Source of the DNA: Octopus sinensis
Lineage: Eukaryota
DNA: 64,000 bases
Assembly: GCF_006345805.1 (NCBI RefSeq)
Contig: NC_043013.1
Location: 7,750,001-7,814,000, forward strand
Direction of reading: 5' to 3'
Part shown: positions 1 to 14,386 of the stretch, one piece after another
How the letters are laid out: each line of letters starts with the position of its first letter
How positions within the stretch are numbered: position 1 is the first letter of the stretch
Position numbers and translations under genes: made by a program
The notes under the pieces: generated by a model
What the model saw: only the letters and a program-made list of their open reading frames with translations
The model's database searches: none
What the model was told of the DNA's origin: nothing

Positions 1-2109
1 AATAGAATAAGTACCAGGCTTTAAAAGAGAAAAAAAGTACTAGGGTCAATACATTTGGCTAAAAATGCTTCAAGGTAATGCCCCAGCATGGTCACAGTCT
101 GATGACTGAAACAAATAGAAAATAAAAGACAAAAAGAGGAGAAAGAGCCTCTGAGACTGAAGACGAAAAGAGAAGAAATCACATCATAGGTTACTCTTGG
201 AACTGAGATCTACCATATTTTAATGGGGGCTTAAAATTTGGAAAAAGGGATTTATAAGGGATTATAATACTATCCATGTATAAGAAACTCCCATATTTTT
301 TTAACCTAATTTTTGACAAAAAAAAAAAGGGTTCCTTATACACATTAAAATATGGTAATTTAAATGCTTGCTGCAGAATGGACTTCACTAAGAGCCAGAT
401 AGATAGTGGTGTCTTAACCCTTTAGCATTTAAACTGACCATATCTAGTGAAAATGTTCTACCTTATTTTATGATCAAACCAGTAAGATCCAGCCTCTCAC
501 ACCTACTCTACAATGTCATTCTGAAAATAAACAATCACACTATTGAAATCTCAAAGCTATGCAATAATGCATGATTACTTGAAAACTGTCATCATCATCA
601 TTTAATGTCCATTTCCTCTGTTGGCATGGATTGGATGGTTTGAGAGGAGCTGCCCAGGTTCCATGTCTTTTATGGCATGGCTTCTACGGCTGGATGCTCT
701 TTGTAAAAACTAACCAGCTTACAGTGCTTTTCCACAGCACTGGCATGGGTGCGTCTACATGGCACCAGCACCTGTAAGCCTGCAAGATAGGAATGCTCAG
801 CTGGAGCGGGGATGCAGGGGACAAGCATGTATGCAAGGACAACCACACTTAGCTTGGCATGTCTTTTCAAGCCTAGCAAATTGCCAGGTGTCTCAGTCTC
901 CGGTCATCCCCTCTGTGAGCCCCAATGTGTCTGTGAATTCTTTATCCCCACTTCATCTCATATCAAGCATTACATCTGACACAGAATGCTTAAGGGTGAT
1001 GGATTAAGTATACCAGCCATTGAATAGGCTTCTGCACAGTTTCCTTGTTGACTCAGTTTTATTCACAGCTTGGGTCAATTCAAGGCTATTGTAATTGACA
1101 AGGCACCCACTACACTCATGGAGTGGTTGGCGTTAGGAAGGGCATCCAGCCGTAGAAACATTGCCAGATCAGACTGGGCCTGGTGCAGCCTTCTGGCTTC
1201 CCAGACCCCAGTTGCACCGTCCAACCCATGCCAGCATGGAAAGCGGATGCTAAACGATGATGATGATGATGATTTGCCCGAAACCCCACGCGGCAGGATT
1301 GAACCCAGGATCATGTGATGACAAAGTGAAATTCTGAAACAGCACATCACGGCACCATGCATGTGCTCCGTTAAGTAACAAAAGCAAACAAATAATTAAT
1401 TATACTTTGCTCTTTCTGGTATCTTTCTGTGGTATTTATTGATCTGTTTCTCAGACAGACAGACTGTGATAGGAAGTATGAAGCTGAGATAGAATACAAG
1501 CCATCAACCTTTTCTGCTAGTAAGCAATGTTATCAACTCAACTATCTGATACTATTATTTTATGTGACAGTTTTTTTGAGTTTTTTTTTAAATATTTTTT
1601 TTGTACTTTTTCATTATTAACCTGCCTCACGTCATGATGACATACAGACGTACCTCAATATATATCAGTAATTGATTCCATGCCATGTGACTTAAATTGA
1701 AAAATTATGTAACACAGAAAAACATTTTTTTAAAAAATGTATTAGTTCATATCTATTTTAATAAATGATTGATTCATATTTTTGTATGTATTTTTATTTG
1801 ATTTGGTTTTTTTTTTTCACTTCAGTATTGGTTCTTAGATACATTTTTTTTGAATTTTTAAGCTTTTAAATATGTTTGCTGAGACTGCCATAAAATAAGA
1901 TGAATTAACTGAAGCTGAGTTTTATTTTTTCCATTAATTTCTTAAGCAAATGCAGGTTTAGATGTGTGGTGAAGAAGCTTGCTTTCCAACCACATGGTTC
2001 TGGGTTCAGTCCTACTGCATGGCACCTTCGGCAAGTGTCTTCTTCTATAACCTCAGGTTGACTGAAGCCTTGTGAGTGGATTTGGTTAATGGAATTAAAA
2101 GAAGTTCAT

Positions 2110-2310
2110 CATATGTATATGTGTGTGTGTGTGTGTATATGTGTATGTGTCTGTGTGTATATATATGTGTGTGTGTGTATATATATATGTGTGTGTGTAT
2201 ATGTGTGTGTGTGTATATATATATGTGTGTGTGTATATGTGTGTGTGTGTGTATATATATGTGTGTGTATACATATATATATGTGTGTGTATATACCTGT
2301 GTGTGTGTGC
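2110..2310. repeat. Compound (TA)/(TG) microsatellite with ~30-bp higher-order periodicity inside a family A SINE
   Basis: Direct reading; source of the CV/HT-repeat ORFs at 2045-2442. Confidence 0.9.
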
Positions 2311-3071
2311 ATGCGCCTTTGTATTTGTGTTCGTCCCCACCACTGCTTGACAACCAGTGTTGGTGTGTTTATGTCGCCGCAACTTAGCTGTTCAGCAAAG
2401 GAGATCAATAGAATAAATACCAGGCTTCAAAAAAGGGAATGAAAAATAATGTCCTGGGCTTAATTCATTTGACCAAAAATTCTTCAAGTCGGTGCTCCAG
2501 CATGGCTGCAATCTAATATATGAAACAAGTGAAAGATAAAAAATATATTAAAAAAAAAACAATATAAACTTGGAAAAACTTGGGCAAGTGTCTTCTACTA
2601 TAGCCTCAGACCAACCAAAGCCTTGTGAGTGGATTTGGTAGACAGAAACTAAAGGAAGCCCGTCGTATATATATATATGTATATGTATATATATGTGTGT
2701 GTGGTGTGTGTATATATGTTTGTGTGTCTGTGTTTGTTCCCCCAACATTGCTTGACATTGCTTGGTGTGTTTACGTCCCCGTAACTTAGTGGTTCAGCAG
2801 AAGAAGCCGATAGAATAAGTACTAGGCTTACGTAGAATAAGTCCCGGGGTCAATTTGCTCGACTAAAGGCGGTGCTCCAGCATGGCCACAGTCAAATGAC
2901 TGAAACAAGTAAAAGGAGAAAAAGAGTAAAGAAAATAGAATTCTCAAGAATTATTTAAAAAAGTAAAAAACAAGCAAACAAACAGTGCTACTGTCTTTTA
3001 TTATTGAGTAGATGTGATTTCTGATCTGTTGAAATAGCAGCTAAATTTTTCATGACTCACATCATCATCCG

Positions 3072-3484
3072 TTTCTTTATTACCCACAAGGGGCTACACA
3101 CAGAGGAGACAAACAAGGACAGACAAACGGATTAAGCCGATTACATCGAACCCAGTGCGTTACTGGTACTTAATTTATCGACCCCGAAAGGATGAAAGGC
3201 AATGTCGACCTCGGCGGAATTTGAACTCAGATCGTTAAGACAGGCAAAATACCCATTTCTTTACTACCCACAAGGGGCTAAACACAGAGAGGACAAACAA
3301 GGACAGACAAACGGATTAAGTCGATTACATCGACCCCAGTGCGTTACTGGTACTTAATTTATCGACCCCGAAAGGATGAAAGGCAAAGTCGACCTCGGCG
3401 GAATTTGAACTCAGAACGTAACGGCAGACGAAATACAGCTACGCATTTCGCCCAGCGTTCTAATGGTTCTGCCAGCTCGCCGCT
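3072..3484 (-). mobile_element. tRNA-derived SINE (family 'C', my label), dimeric body
   Basis: Head gcggcgagctggcagaa..., B-box-like gttcaaattcc, two body copies. Other copies at about 4180-4417, 30217-30620, 32604-32836, 38460-38690, 58378-59000. Confidence 0.85.
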
Positions 3485-4012
3485 CACATCATCATCATCA
3501 TCATTTAGCGTCCGCTTTCCATGCTAGCATGGGTTGGACTATACATCAAACTATGTATTCCTCTCTACCCCTACTTGAGCACCCCACCCCAAAAATAGAA
3601 TTGAGAAAACTAAAACGGAGAAAAACTATACTCATAGATATATAAAATGACAGGATAGTCATGGATGGAACAGATTTGATCATAGGTCAGTTCAATTAGC
3701 ACATGACCTGTGGCTAAACAGTATTTCCCAGTATCTCTCGACACATTTTAAATCAGACTGGAGAAGAAAATAGATATCTGTTTATTACATGTGAATACAC
3801 TTCTCCATCTCTAACGCCTTCGTCTCTGGAGGAGATAAGCAAGGCTTTTGACTATTTGCTGCTGTTGTCTCTGTCATCAAAATACTTAACATGCCATTAG
3901 TGTATCAACACAAGTAGGTTGGAGTAATGTTTACATGAAGTAAGTCAAGTGAATCTGTGGTGTGAATTTAAATATGTAAGTTAAGAGTTGATGCATCAAA
4001 TGATGTATGCAA

Positions 4013-4055
<43 letters not shown>

Positions 4056-5575
4056 GTTTCAAATTTTACCACAAGGGCGGCAGTTTTAAGGGAGAGGATG
4101 AGTCGATTTCATCAACCCCTGTTCAACTGGTACTTAATTCATTAGTTGAATTTATTTGAATATAGCCAAGAATTTGGAAAGGGCAGTGAGCTGGCAGAAT
4201 TGTTAGCACACCGGGTGAAATGCTTAGCAGTATTTCGTCTGCCGTTATGTTCTGAGTTCAAATTCTGCTGAGGTCGACTTTGCCTTTCATTGTTTTTGGT
4301 GGGGGTCAATAAATTAAGTACCAGTTACACACAGGGGTCGATGTAATTGACTTAATACCTTTGTCTGTCCTTGTTTGTCCCCTCTATGTTTAGCCCCTTG
4401 TGGGCAATAAAGAAATAAGAATTTGGAAAGGGTCTGGTAAATAAATAACTCGGTTATTTATTAAACAGGAGTTTGGAACATAACTTAGCAAAAGGGGTTC
4501 TCACGTAAAATCATGATGGGGGATTCTAATTCAAATACGAGCACTTTAAAATGTGATTCTATCATAGAACCAGAGGAGGAGGAGGTGGTGGTAGTTGTCA
4601 TCGTCATCATCTCGGGCAGATTGGTATCAAAAGGGGTCATAAACTTTGCTGTGTTTATAGTTTGATCAATCAATCTTATATCTAAAGCTACATGGTTATA
4701 TAATAAACTAAAAGTAAATATGCACAACTTACTCTAATAATCACTTTTTAATCAATATCAAGAAAGGAAGTATATATCATATCATCATCATTTTTAGGTT
4801 GTACAGGTCACAGCTTGTATATATATATATTGACATAACCATATTGATTTCTGTTCATCAAGATATTGGTCTTCGACCCATAAATTTTATAATTCACACC
4901 CACACCTATTTTCCAGGTGATGTTTTATTTATGCTACACCATCTTGCCTACAGTATTGCTGTTTGTTATGTGCTGAAGGAATTTTTTTTTTTTTTTTTGC
5001 ATCTTCAGTTAAGTACTCATGTAGCAACCTAATATCAATTTAAGCACTTTCCATTAATGACGCACCATCCTATATCTTCTGTCTTCTACTTGTGTCAGTC
5101 ATTGGACTGCAGTCATGCTGGGACTCCGCCTTCAAGGATTTTAGTTGAACAGATTGACTCCCCGGTACTTTTTCTTTAAGTTTGCTATTCATTCTACTGT
5201 TCCCTTTTGGCAAACTGCTGAGTTACAGGGACATAAAGAAACCAACAACCATTGTCATGTGTTGTAGAGGAGGGACAAGCACAGACACAAAAACACACAC
5301 TCATACATGCATATTCTATACCTCAATATATATATATATATATATATAATTAAGAGTGAAAGATATTATCTATATTAAATCATACAGAAAAAAATTTAAA
5401 TTTTTTTCTGTATGATTTATAGATAATATCTTTATATTTATAGATAATATATTTCACTATTGAATTACTTAATAGAGGCTATTTCTCTTAATTATATACA
5501 TATATTATATATTGTGAAATTTGATTTAGAATTGTTAAATTTAATTTTTCCTTGTCAGTTTGGAATTATATTCCC

Positions 5576-5656
<81 letters not shown>

Positions 5657-6510
5657 TGCACAAGTATACCTTGAAAATGTCTCACTAATAGCCTGTATAT
5701 GTGTGTGTCTGTGTTTGTTCCCCACCACTAATTGACAGTCGGTGTTGATGTGTTTGCATCCCTGTGACCTAGCAGTTCAGCAAAAGAGACTGATAGAATA
5801 AGTACCCGGCTTTACAAAAAAAAAAAAAAAATACCAATTATTGTGGTCAATTTGTTTGATTAAAAAACTCTTCAAGGCAGTGTCCCAGCATAGCCACAGT
5901 CTGACTGAAACAAGTAAAAGATACACACACACACATACGTCAAGTTTCCACACAGTTTCCGTCTACTAAATTCACTCAGAAAGTATTGGTTAGCTTGGGG
6001 CTCTAGTGAAGGTGCTTTGCCAAGGTGCTGCACAGTGGGACTAAACCCAGAAGTGAGCTGCTTAACCTCACAGTCATGCCTGTGCTTCAGTATTTATTAT
6101 TCCTGCAAAATAAGTTCCTAACTGCTGACCATTTTCTTTGAGATATTGTCAGACAGGTTACTTGCACCAATGGCCTACCATAGTATCTGTGCCACCTACA
6201 ATTCTTTTACTATATATTCCCAACAAGTGCTTACTTGATAGGAATAAATAAGGGACTTATTAACCCTTTAGTGTTCAGATTATTCAATCAAACATAATGC
6301 TTATTGATTCCCATTGATTTGAATTAATCATGCATTATCTCATATCTTCAAGATCTTGAGGGTGTAATTACTTAATGTAGAATAACATTGTAGGGTAGGT
6401 GTGAGGGCCTGGATCTGGTCAGTTTGAACATAAAACAGATTAACTATTTTGGCCGGATATGGCCAGTTTAAATACTAAAGGGTTAAGTCTGAACTGTATA
6501 TCTGTTAGTG

Positions 6511-6845
6511 AAAGCACATGGCTCAGTGGTTAGAGCTTCGGGCTCCCAATCATGAGGTAGTGAGTTCGATTCCCAGACTGGGCTATGTGTTGTGTTTTAA
6601 GCAAGACACTTTATTTCATGTTTGCTCCAGTTCACTCAGCTGTAGAAATGAGTTGCACACAGGTGCCAAACTGTATCAGCTTTTGCTTTTTCCTGAGATA
6701 ATATGAGTGTCGTGGAGAAGGGAAGCTGGTATGCATGGGTGACTGCAGGTCTTCCGTAAACAACCTTGCCTGGACTTGTGTCTCAGAGGGTAACTTTCTC
6801 GGTGCAATCCCATAGTTGTTCATGACCGAAGGGGGGTCTTTACCC
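6511..6845 (+). mobile_element. tRNA-derived SINE, additional family
   Basis: A box tggctcagtggttag and B box gttcgattcc; related heads at 8403, 35545, 35826-36128 (-) and 44785-45150 (-). Confidence 0.75.
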
Positions 6846-6974
6846 ATGTGGTCTTGGGTCCAGTCTCACTACACAGCACCTTGGACAAGCATTTTCTACT
6901 ACAACCTTAGACTGACCAAAGCTTTCTGAGTAGATTTGGTTGACAAAAACTGAAAGAATTCACAGCTCTGGGTG

Positions 6975-7235
6975 AGGGATGTGATTAGAATGTCACAGAA
7001 AAGATTTGCCAATACCAAATCTTCAGTCCAAGCCAACCAACTGGAGACACTAGGGGTAGACCAAGAACAGAATGGGTGGATAATATCTATAATCTCAGTT
7101 GGTCATGCTTAGGAATCCAGCCAAAAAGTGTAATGATGGCTGCTTCTGATAGAACCCCATGAGGACGTGTCTGAGGACTCTACCCTCACAACCCTCCCAT
7201 CCATTTATCTCTCCCAAGGCAGAGATGGCTGGATG
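6975..7235 (+). mobile_element. Degenerate RTE-like LINE 3' fragment
   Basis: Interrupted reading GRPRTEWVDNI...AASDR resembles RTE C-termini. Confidence 0.5.
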
Positions 7236-10200
7236 AAAACAGGTGAATCAATAACAGGAAGGGTGTCTAACTATAGAAAATCTACCTCAACAAATTCAAT
7301 TTCATTCATCCAAGCATGGAAAAATGGTTATTAAAGATGATGTGTATAGACTAGTATAGAAATAGTAGAAGTAATTGTAATTAGTATGGTTTGATGATAG
7401 TGTTCCCACACAACCATCAGTTTACTATGTATTAACCCTTTTGATACCAACTCACCTGAGAGCACACCTGGTTCTTTGTTACAAACTTTCTGATTTAAAA
7501 TTATTAAAGTTAAAAATGTTACATCAAAATTTCAAGCACCATGTTAATAATTAGTTATTTAACAAAATTTTTTATTCATTTCCAAATGAATTGAAACAAA
7601 GGCATTGTATTTCGGCAGACATCTGGTGACAAAAAGGTTAATTAGCACAGACTGGCTTCTGGAATATCGAAGTTGCTGAGCCTTTGGGCACTTCTCAAGT
7701 ATTTGATTAACTTTTTAGTCTGTATCCAATCAATTAACTGAGACTTTTTCAGTAATCACAAAAACAGTAGTAACAAACCAATGAGAGAGCCTGTATGCAG
7801 TCATTCAACATGCTAGAAATGTCAACCAAGTCTCCTTCAAATCACATCTGACCATCTTAAAAATGAAACTACTCATTGGATAGTGTAGTCAAACCATATA
7901 TAGGCATGGTTATGTGGTTAAAAAGCTCGCTTTGCAACCATGTGGATTTGAGTTCAATTCCATTATGCAACACCTTTGGCAAATGTCTTCTAATAATAAA
8001 CAGAAATGGTATGGAAGCCTCAGTGTCTGTTTGTCACTCTCTCTCTCCCAACACCTGTTGACAACTAGTGTTGTTTATGTCCCTATGACTTAGCAGTTTG
8101 GCAAAAGAGTCTGATAGAATAAGTAAGTACTAAACTTTAAAAATGCATGTACTGAGGTTCATCTGTTCATCTGTTCATCTAAAACCTTTCAAGTCAGTAA
8201 TGCCCCAGCATGGTCACAGTCCAATGACTGAAACAAATAAGAGATAAATGAAAGGTGGAAAAAAAAAGTGGCATAACCAAGGCTAGGGTGACAGTGATCA
8301 TAGGCATACAAGATCAGTTTGACCTGGGGCTAAACAGCAGCAGGAACAAAAAAATTGTTAAGTTTAAATATGTAACGCAAGTTATCATAAGGTGTAACTA
8401 GTGGAGGGACGTGGCTTAGTGGTTAGGGTGTTGATGAGGGTATTGAACTCGTGATCATAAGATTGTGGTTTCGATTCCTGGACCAGGCAACACGTTGTGT
8501 TCTTGAGCAAAACACTTCATTTCACATTGCTCCAGTCCACTCAGCTGGCAAAAGTGAGTAACGCTGCGATGGACTAGCATCCCATCTGTCAGCATTATCA
8601 TCATCGTTTAATGTCTGTTTTTCATGCTGGCATGGGTTCGACGGTTTGACTGAGGACTGGCAAGCCAGTAAGCTGCACCAGGCTCCAATCTGATCTGGCA
8701 AGGTTTCTACACCTGGATACCCTTCCTAACACCAACCACTCCGAGAGTGTAGTGGGTGCTTTTTACATGACACCGGCATAGGAGCCAGTTAGGGGAGCAC
8801 TGGTTTCAACCATATTCAGAAGGTGCTTTTCACATGTCACGGGCACAGAAGCCAGTCAGGGGCACTGGCATCAACCATGTTCAGATGGTGCCTTTTACAT
8901 GCCACTGGCACGGGAGCCAGTCAAGGAGCACTGGCTTTCTTTGACCATGTTCAGAAGGTGATTTTTACATGTCACCAGTATGGGACCCAGTCAGAAGAAG
9001 CTGGCATTGACCACATTCAGAAGGTGCTTTTTATGTGTCACCAGCATGGGGAACCAGGTGGGGAATGGAAACCATGGAAACCAGCCCTTATGAGTTGGTA
9101 TGACTCATAGAAACCATGGAAACCAGCACCTATGAGTTGGTATGACTAGAGAAAAAAAAACTTTATATATTTATTTCTTTTTATCGAATAAACTAGAATC
9201 CGGTAAGGTCAAGTCAATAAACTTAGATACTGTTGTAGAACTATTTACAAAGAGACTAACTTACTGACTTCAGTGTCAACTATTCAAATCTTTCTATTTG
9301 CTTTGTGTTGCTATTCTTTTATTCTTTTACTTGTTTCAGTCATTTGACTGTGGCCATGCTGGAGCACCACCTGTAGTCGAGAAAATCAACCCCAGGACTT
9401 ATTCTTTTATTTTATCGTATTGGTCTCTTTTGCCAAACCACTAAGTTACGCGGCCATGAACACACTAGGATCGGTTGTCAAGTGATGTTGGGGGCACAGA
9501 CACTCAAACATATACACATACACACACACACACACACATATATCTATATATGACAGGCTTCTTTCAGTTGCCATCTACCAAATCCACTCACAAGGCTTTG
9601 GACAGCCCGAGGCTATAGAAGAAGACACTTACTCAAGGTGCCATGTGGCTTGTAAGCAAGCTACTTACCACACAGCCACTAGTTTTTTTGTTTTTGTTTT
9701 TATTTAAGTTTACTAGTCTATCGGTACAGGGGCTGTGTGGTGGTGGTTGTTAAGAAGCTTGATTTGCAACCACATGGTTTCAGGTTCAGTCCCACTGCAC
9801 AGCACATTGGGCAAGTGTCTTCTCCCATAACTCCAGACTGATCAATGCCTTGTAAATAAATCTGGTAAATGGAAACTGTGTGGAAGCCCATCATGTGTGT
9901 ATCTTTGTGTTTGTTACCCCACTAAATTACAACCAGAGTTGGTTTGTTTGCATCCTCTTAGTTTAGCATTTTGGCAAAAGAGACCAAAAGAAAAAGTATT
10001 TAAAAAAATAAGCACTGGGGTTGATTTGTTTGAGTAAACCATTCAAGACGGTGTTCCAGCATGGCCACTGTCCAATGACAGAAACAAGTAGAAAACAAAA
10101 AACAAAGGTAACTTGATTAATAGATACTTAAACCAATTAATGGTGAACGTGAAGTAACACAATACAAAACTTGATCCGACAACTTTCATAATGATTTAGG

Positions 10201-12382
10201 TTCAAACAACCCTACCAACCCACAATAATAGAAAAGTGTTCTAATGACATTTCAAAATGTATGATTATTTGGATTTGAACAACCTTCCAACTCACAGTGA
10301 TAGGAAAATTGTTAATGGTTAAGTGCAGGCATGGCTGTGAAATTTGGAAATTTTGCTTCGTAACCAACTGTGGGCCAGTAAAAGCCTTGTGAGTAGATCT
10401 GGATGCTGGAAACTAAAAGCCTGTTTTGTGAGTGTATGTAATGTCATTGTCTTGATGTTGTGTGGTTATTGTAAAATACATCACTCTTATACAAACAGTC
10501 CTTTGTTGCTAATCTTTAGTGAAAAATACTTCTGGCCATGGGAAAAATACTACCATGCTTGGAATCGAACACTGGTTGGTAACAGGAAGGGTATCTGGCT
10601 GTTGAAAATCTGCCTGCACAAATTCCATCTGACCTGTACAAGCATAGAAAACATCATCATCATCATTTAATGTCCATTCTCCATGCTGGCTTGGGTTAGA
10701 TGGTTTTCCAGGAACTGGTAAACTGGACAGCTGCACCAGGCTCCAAAACATGTCTGTTTTGGCATGGTTCCTGTGGCTTGATGCCCTTCCTAGGACCAAC
10801 AACTTTACGAAGTGTACCGGTACTTTTTACATGGCACCGTCACCAGTGATTTATACATGGCAACTGCACAGATGTTTTTAACATAGCACTAGAGATGTGG
10901 ATGTTAAAGCAAGAACAACAATGATGATGGTGGTGGCGACGACAACGCTAATTGAGTTTGAACAGACTTCCAACCTTTATTGTAGCTTAGAAAATGATGA
11001 TAAAAAGATTAAAACCATATACAACATTCTGTGAAAGAAAAGATTGTATGTAGCAAGAGAAAAGATAAACTAGACTTCTTTTATGTTGTTGTTGATGATG
11101 ACTCATGGGAGAATTGAAGTGAGATATTCATTTCGAGAAAATGTCATAAGTATTTGTATTGTGTAGGTCTTCATTTAAAATCGCATCTGCAATAGCTTTA
11201 GGTAGAAGCATAATGTTGGATATATCAGCAAAATAATTCATGATTGCTGATCTAACCTTTTGTTGCATGTGAAATTTTAAATATTACTGACTTCTTTGCA
11301 CATGAGAAGATTTGATGCTAATTTGGTGTGGCAATTACGAATTAAAAGTTGGAATAAGTGTAGATGTGGTAAATATTCTTTTATTCTTTTACTTGTCTCA
11401 GTCATTTGACTGTAGCCATGCTGGAGCACCACCTTTAGTCAAACAAATCGACCCCAAGAGTTATTCTTTGTAAGCCTAGTACTTGTTCTATCGGTCTCTT
11501 TTGCTGAACCACTAAGTTACAGGGACATAAACACACTAACATCGATGTTAAGCGATGGTGGTTGGGGGGGGGCAAAGACAGACACACAACACATGCATGC
11601 ATGCATGCATACATACATACATACATACAAACAAACAAACAAACAATGAGCTCCTTTCAGTTTCTGTCTACCAAATCCACTCACAAGACTTTGGTCGGCC
11701 TGAAGCTATAGTTGAAGACACTTACCAAAGGTGCCATGTAGTGGGACTGAACACAGAATCATGTGGTTGGTAAGCAAGCTTCTTACCACTCAACCACTCC
11801 TACACCTATAAATCTGATGTTTTTTTTGTTTTGTTTTGTTTTGTTCTCTCTCGTCACTTGTTTCAGTCATAGACTGTAGCCATGCTGGGCACCACCTTGA
11901 AGAATCCTTTTAGTTGAACAAATTGACTCTAGTACTTTTCTTTTTTAGTGGTTCAGTTACTTAAAAAGCTGAACCACTAAATTATGGGGACGTAAACACC
12001 CCGACACTGGTTGTCAAGCAGTAGTGAGGTAAAGACAAAGATACACACATATAACGACAGGCTTCTTTTAATTTCTTCATAATCCATTCACAAACCTTGG
12101 TCGACCCAACGCTATAGTACAAGACACTTGCCCAAGGTGCCACACAGTGGAACTGAACTTGGAACCATGTGGTTGGGAAGCAAACTTCTTATCACAAGTA
12201 GATTTTTTGAGCTTTATATCAGTTTAAAATTATAATTTCATGGTAGACGCACAACTGATATCCTAGTAGCATATTGACACCTGACCCATTTAATTATTCA
12301 TGCATTAAATATTCATCTGTTTTGCAAGCATTAAAACTAGTTTATATATAATGGGTTCTGTAAGAAGTGTCATGTACTAAGC

Positions 12383-13030
12383 CAGTGGTTCTCAACCAGG
12401 GCACATATGAGATCTTCTTGTTCCGATTTGTGGTAAGAAGCTTGCTTCCCAGCCACATGGTTTTAGGTTCAGTCCCACTGCATGGCACTTTGGGCAAGTG
12501 TCTTCTACTATAGCCTCGGGCTGACCAAAGCCTTGTGAGTGGATTTGGTAGACGGAAACTGAAAGAAGCCTCTTGTGTGTGTGTATGTATCTGTGTGTAT
12601 GTGTAGGTATCTGATTGAATGTGTATGAGTGTATGTATGTATGTATGTATGTATCTGTGTGTGTCCCACCAACACTTGACAACTGATGTCAGTGTGTTTA
12701 CATCCTCATGACTTAAGGGTTTGGCAAAAGAGACCAATAGAATAAGTACCAGGTTTAACAAAAAAAATAAGTACTGGAGTCAATTCATTCGACTAAAATT
12801 GTTCAAGGTGATGCCCCAGCATGGCCACAGTCTAGAAAAGATAAAATAAATTGGTTATACTTCTACAATACACAAAATATTTTAATCTTTTTTTATGTAA
12901 TTTCTAATAATTTAAAATCATAAAACTACAGTACAATTTATTTTTGATTCATTGAATGGCTTTGGAGGTCCATGGGGAGTAAAATAGGGATCAGTGAGGT
13001 CCATATGCAAAAAATGGTTGAGAACCATTT
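12383..13030. mobile_element. hAT-type MITE interrupted by a family A SINE
   Basis: Termini cagtggttctcaacc / ggttgagaaccatt; SINE at about 12428-12845. Confidence 0.65.
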
Positions 13031-14164
13031 AATAATTCATGCATTAAATATTTATAGGTGCAGGAGTGGCTGTGTGGTAAGAAGTTTGCTTCACAACCAC
13101 ATGGTTCCAGGTTCAGTCTCACTATGTGGCACCTTGGGCAAGTGTCTTCTATTATAGCCTCAGGCTGACTGAACCGTTGTGAGTGGATCTGGTGTATGGA
13201 AACTGAAAGAAGCCCATCGTGTATATATATATATGTGTGTGCATATATGTTTTTGTGCCTCTGTTTGTTCCCCCACTATCGCTTGGCTACCGATGTCCCC
13301 CATAACTTAGCAGTTCAGCAAAAGCGCTAGACTTACAAAGAATAAGTCCTGGAGTCAATTTCTTTGACTAAAGGCGATGCTCCAGCATGGCTGCAGTCAG
13401 ATGACTGAAATATGTAAAAAACAATAATAAAAAGAATCTATTCTGCAAGCATTAAAACTGGTTTATGTAATCGTGGCTTCTGTAAGAAGTCATATGTACA
13501 AAACAAAGAAAACAGACTCTGTCACATGGGTCATTAAATAAGCAACAAAGATAAAGAAATTATGATAATTCTTTTGAATAACAGTGAATAAAACAATACT
13601 TAATAATAGCTAAAGTATTTGATCATTAAAATTTATGTGATAGAGGTTACTGCGTTGCCCTGGGATGGAAAAATTAAGTGATAATCTTTTTTATCTTGTA
13701 AGAAATGAGTCGCGTGAAGATTAAGAAATTTTAGAGGTTGAATGAAGGAGAAAGTATGAAAAATCATCATCGTCATCATCATCATCATCATGTTAATGTC
13801 TGCATGGGTGGTTTTGAAGTTTATTGAAACAGGTTTTCGATGACTGCATGCCTTTCCTGTCACCAACTCTCACCTGCTTTCAATTAAGGTAGTAATGTTT
13901 CTGCATGATATTGGAAATAAATAACACTGCTTGTATGATGGTGATGCTCATTTACAACTATCGTGTGATGTCAAGACACAAACCCACACATGCATGCTAC
14001 ATGTACATACATGCGTGCATGCATATATATATATATTGGCCTGCTCGCTTAGCCAGCAGGGTGGCATCATTTGAAGGCTAAAACATTGTGAAGTGCATTG
14101 TGACCAGCAATATGTAGCAACATCTGATAGCCTGGTCGGTCACGGTGATCATGATGATATATAT

Positions 14165-14339
14165 ATACCCAAACAAAATTTAGAGGAACGATGTCTAAGT
14201 TTAGCATAAAGGGGTTGTCCACTTTAGTGGTCAGTCCTCTAAATTTTGTATGTAACACAATTTTTAATCTTTGGATCTTTTAAATATGCTAAGCCACTGG
14301 TTTTAATTGATTAATATCAATTTCTACCCTTATTATCTA

Positions 14340-14386
<47 letters not shown>

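Noticed and set aside
92-115. CTGATGA...GAAA in a SINE tail
   Set aside because: Chance variant of the consensus cagtcaaatgactgaaac; no stem II
2045-2442. Overlapping ORFs rich in CV/HT/YI repeats
   Set aside because: Translations of a (TA)/(TG) microsatellite inside a SINE
6518-6580. Functional tRNA gene
   Set aside because: Continues into a SINE body; acceptor stem does not close
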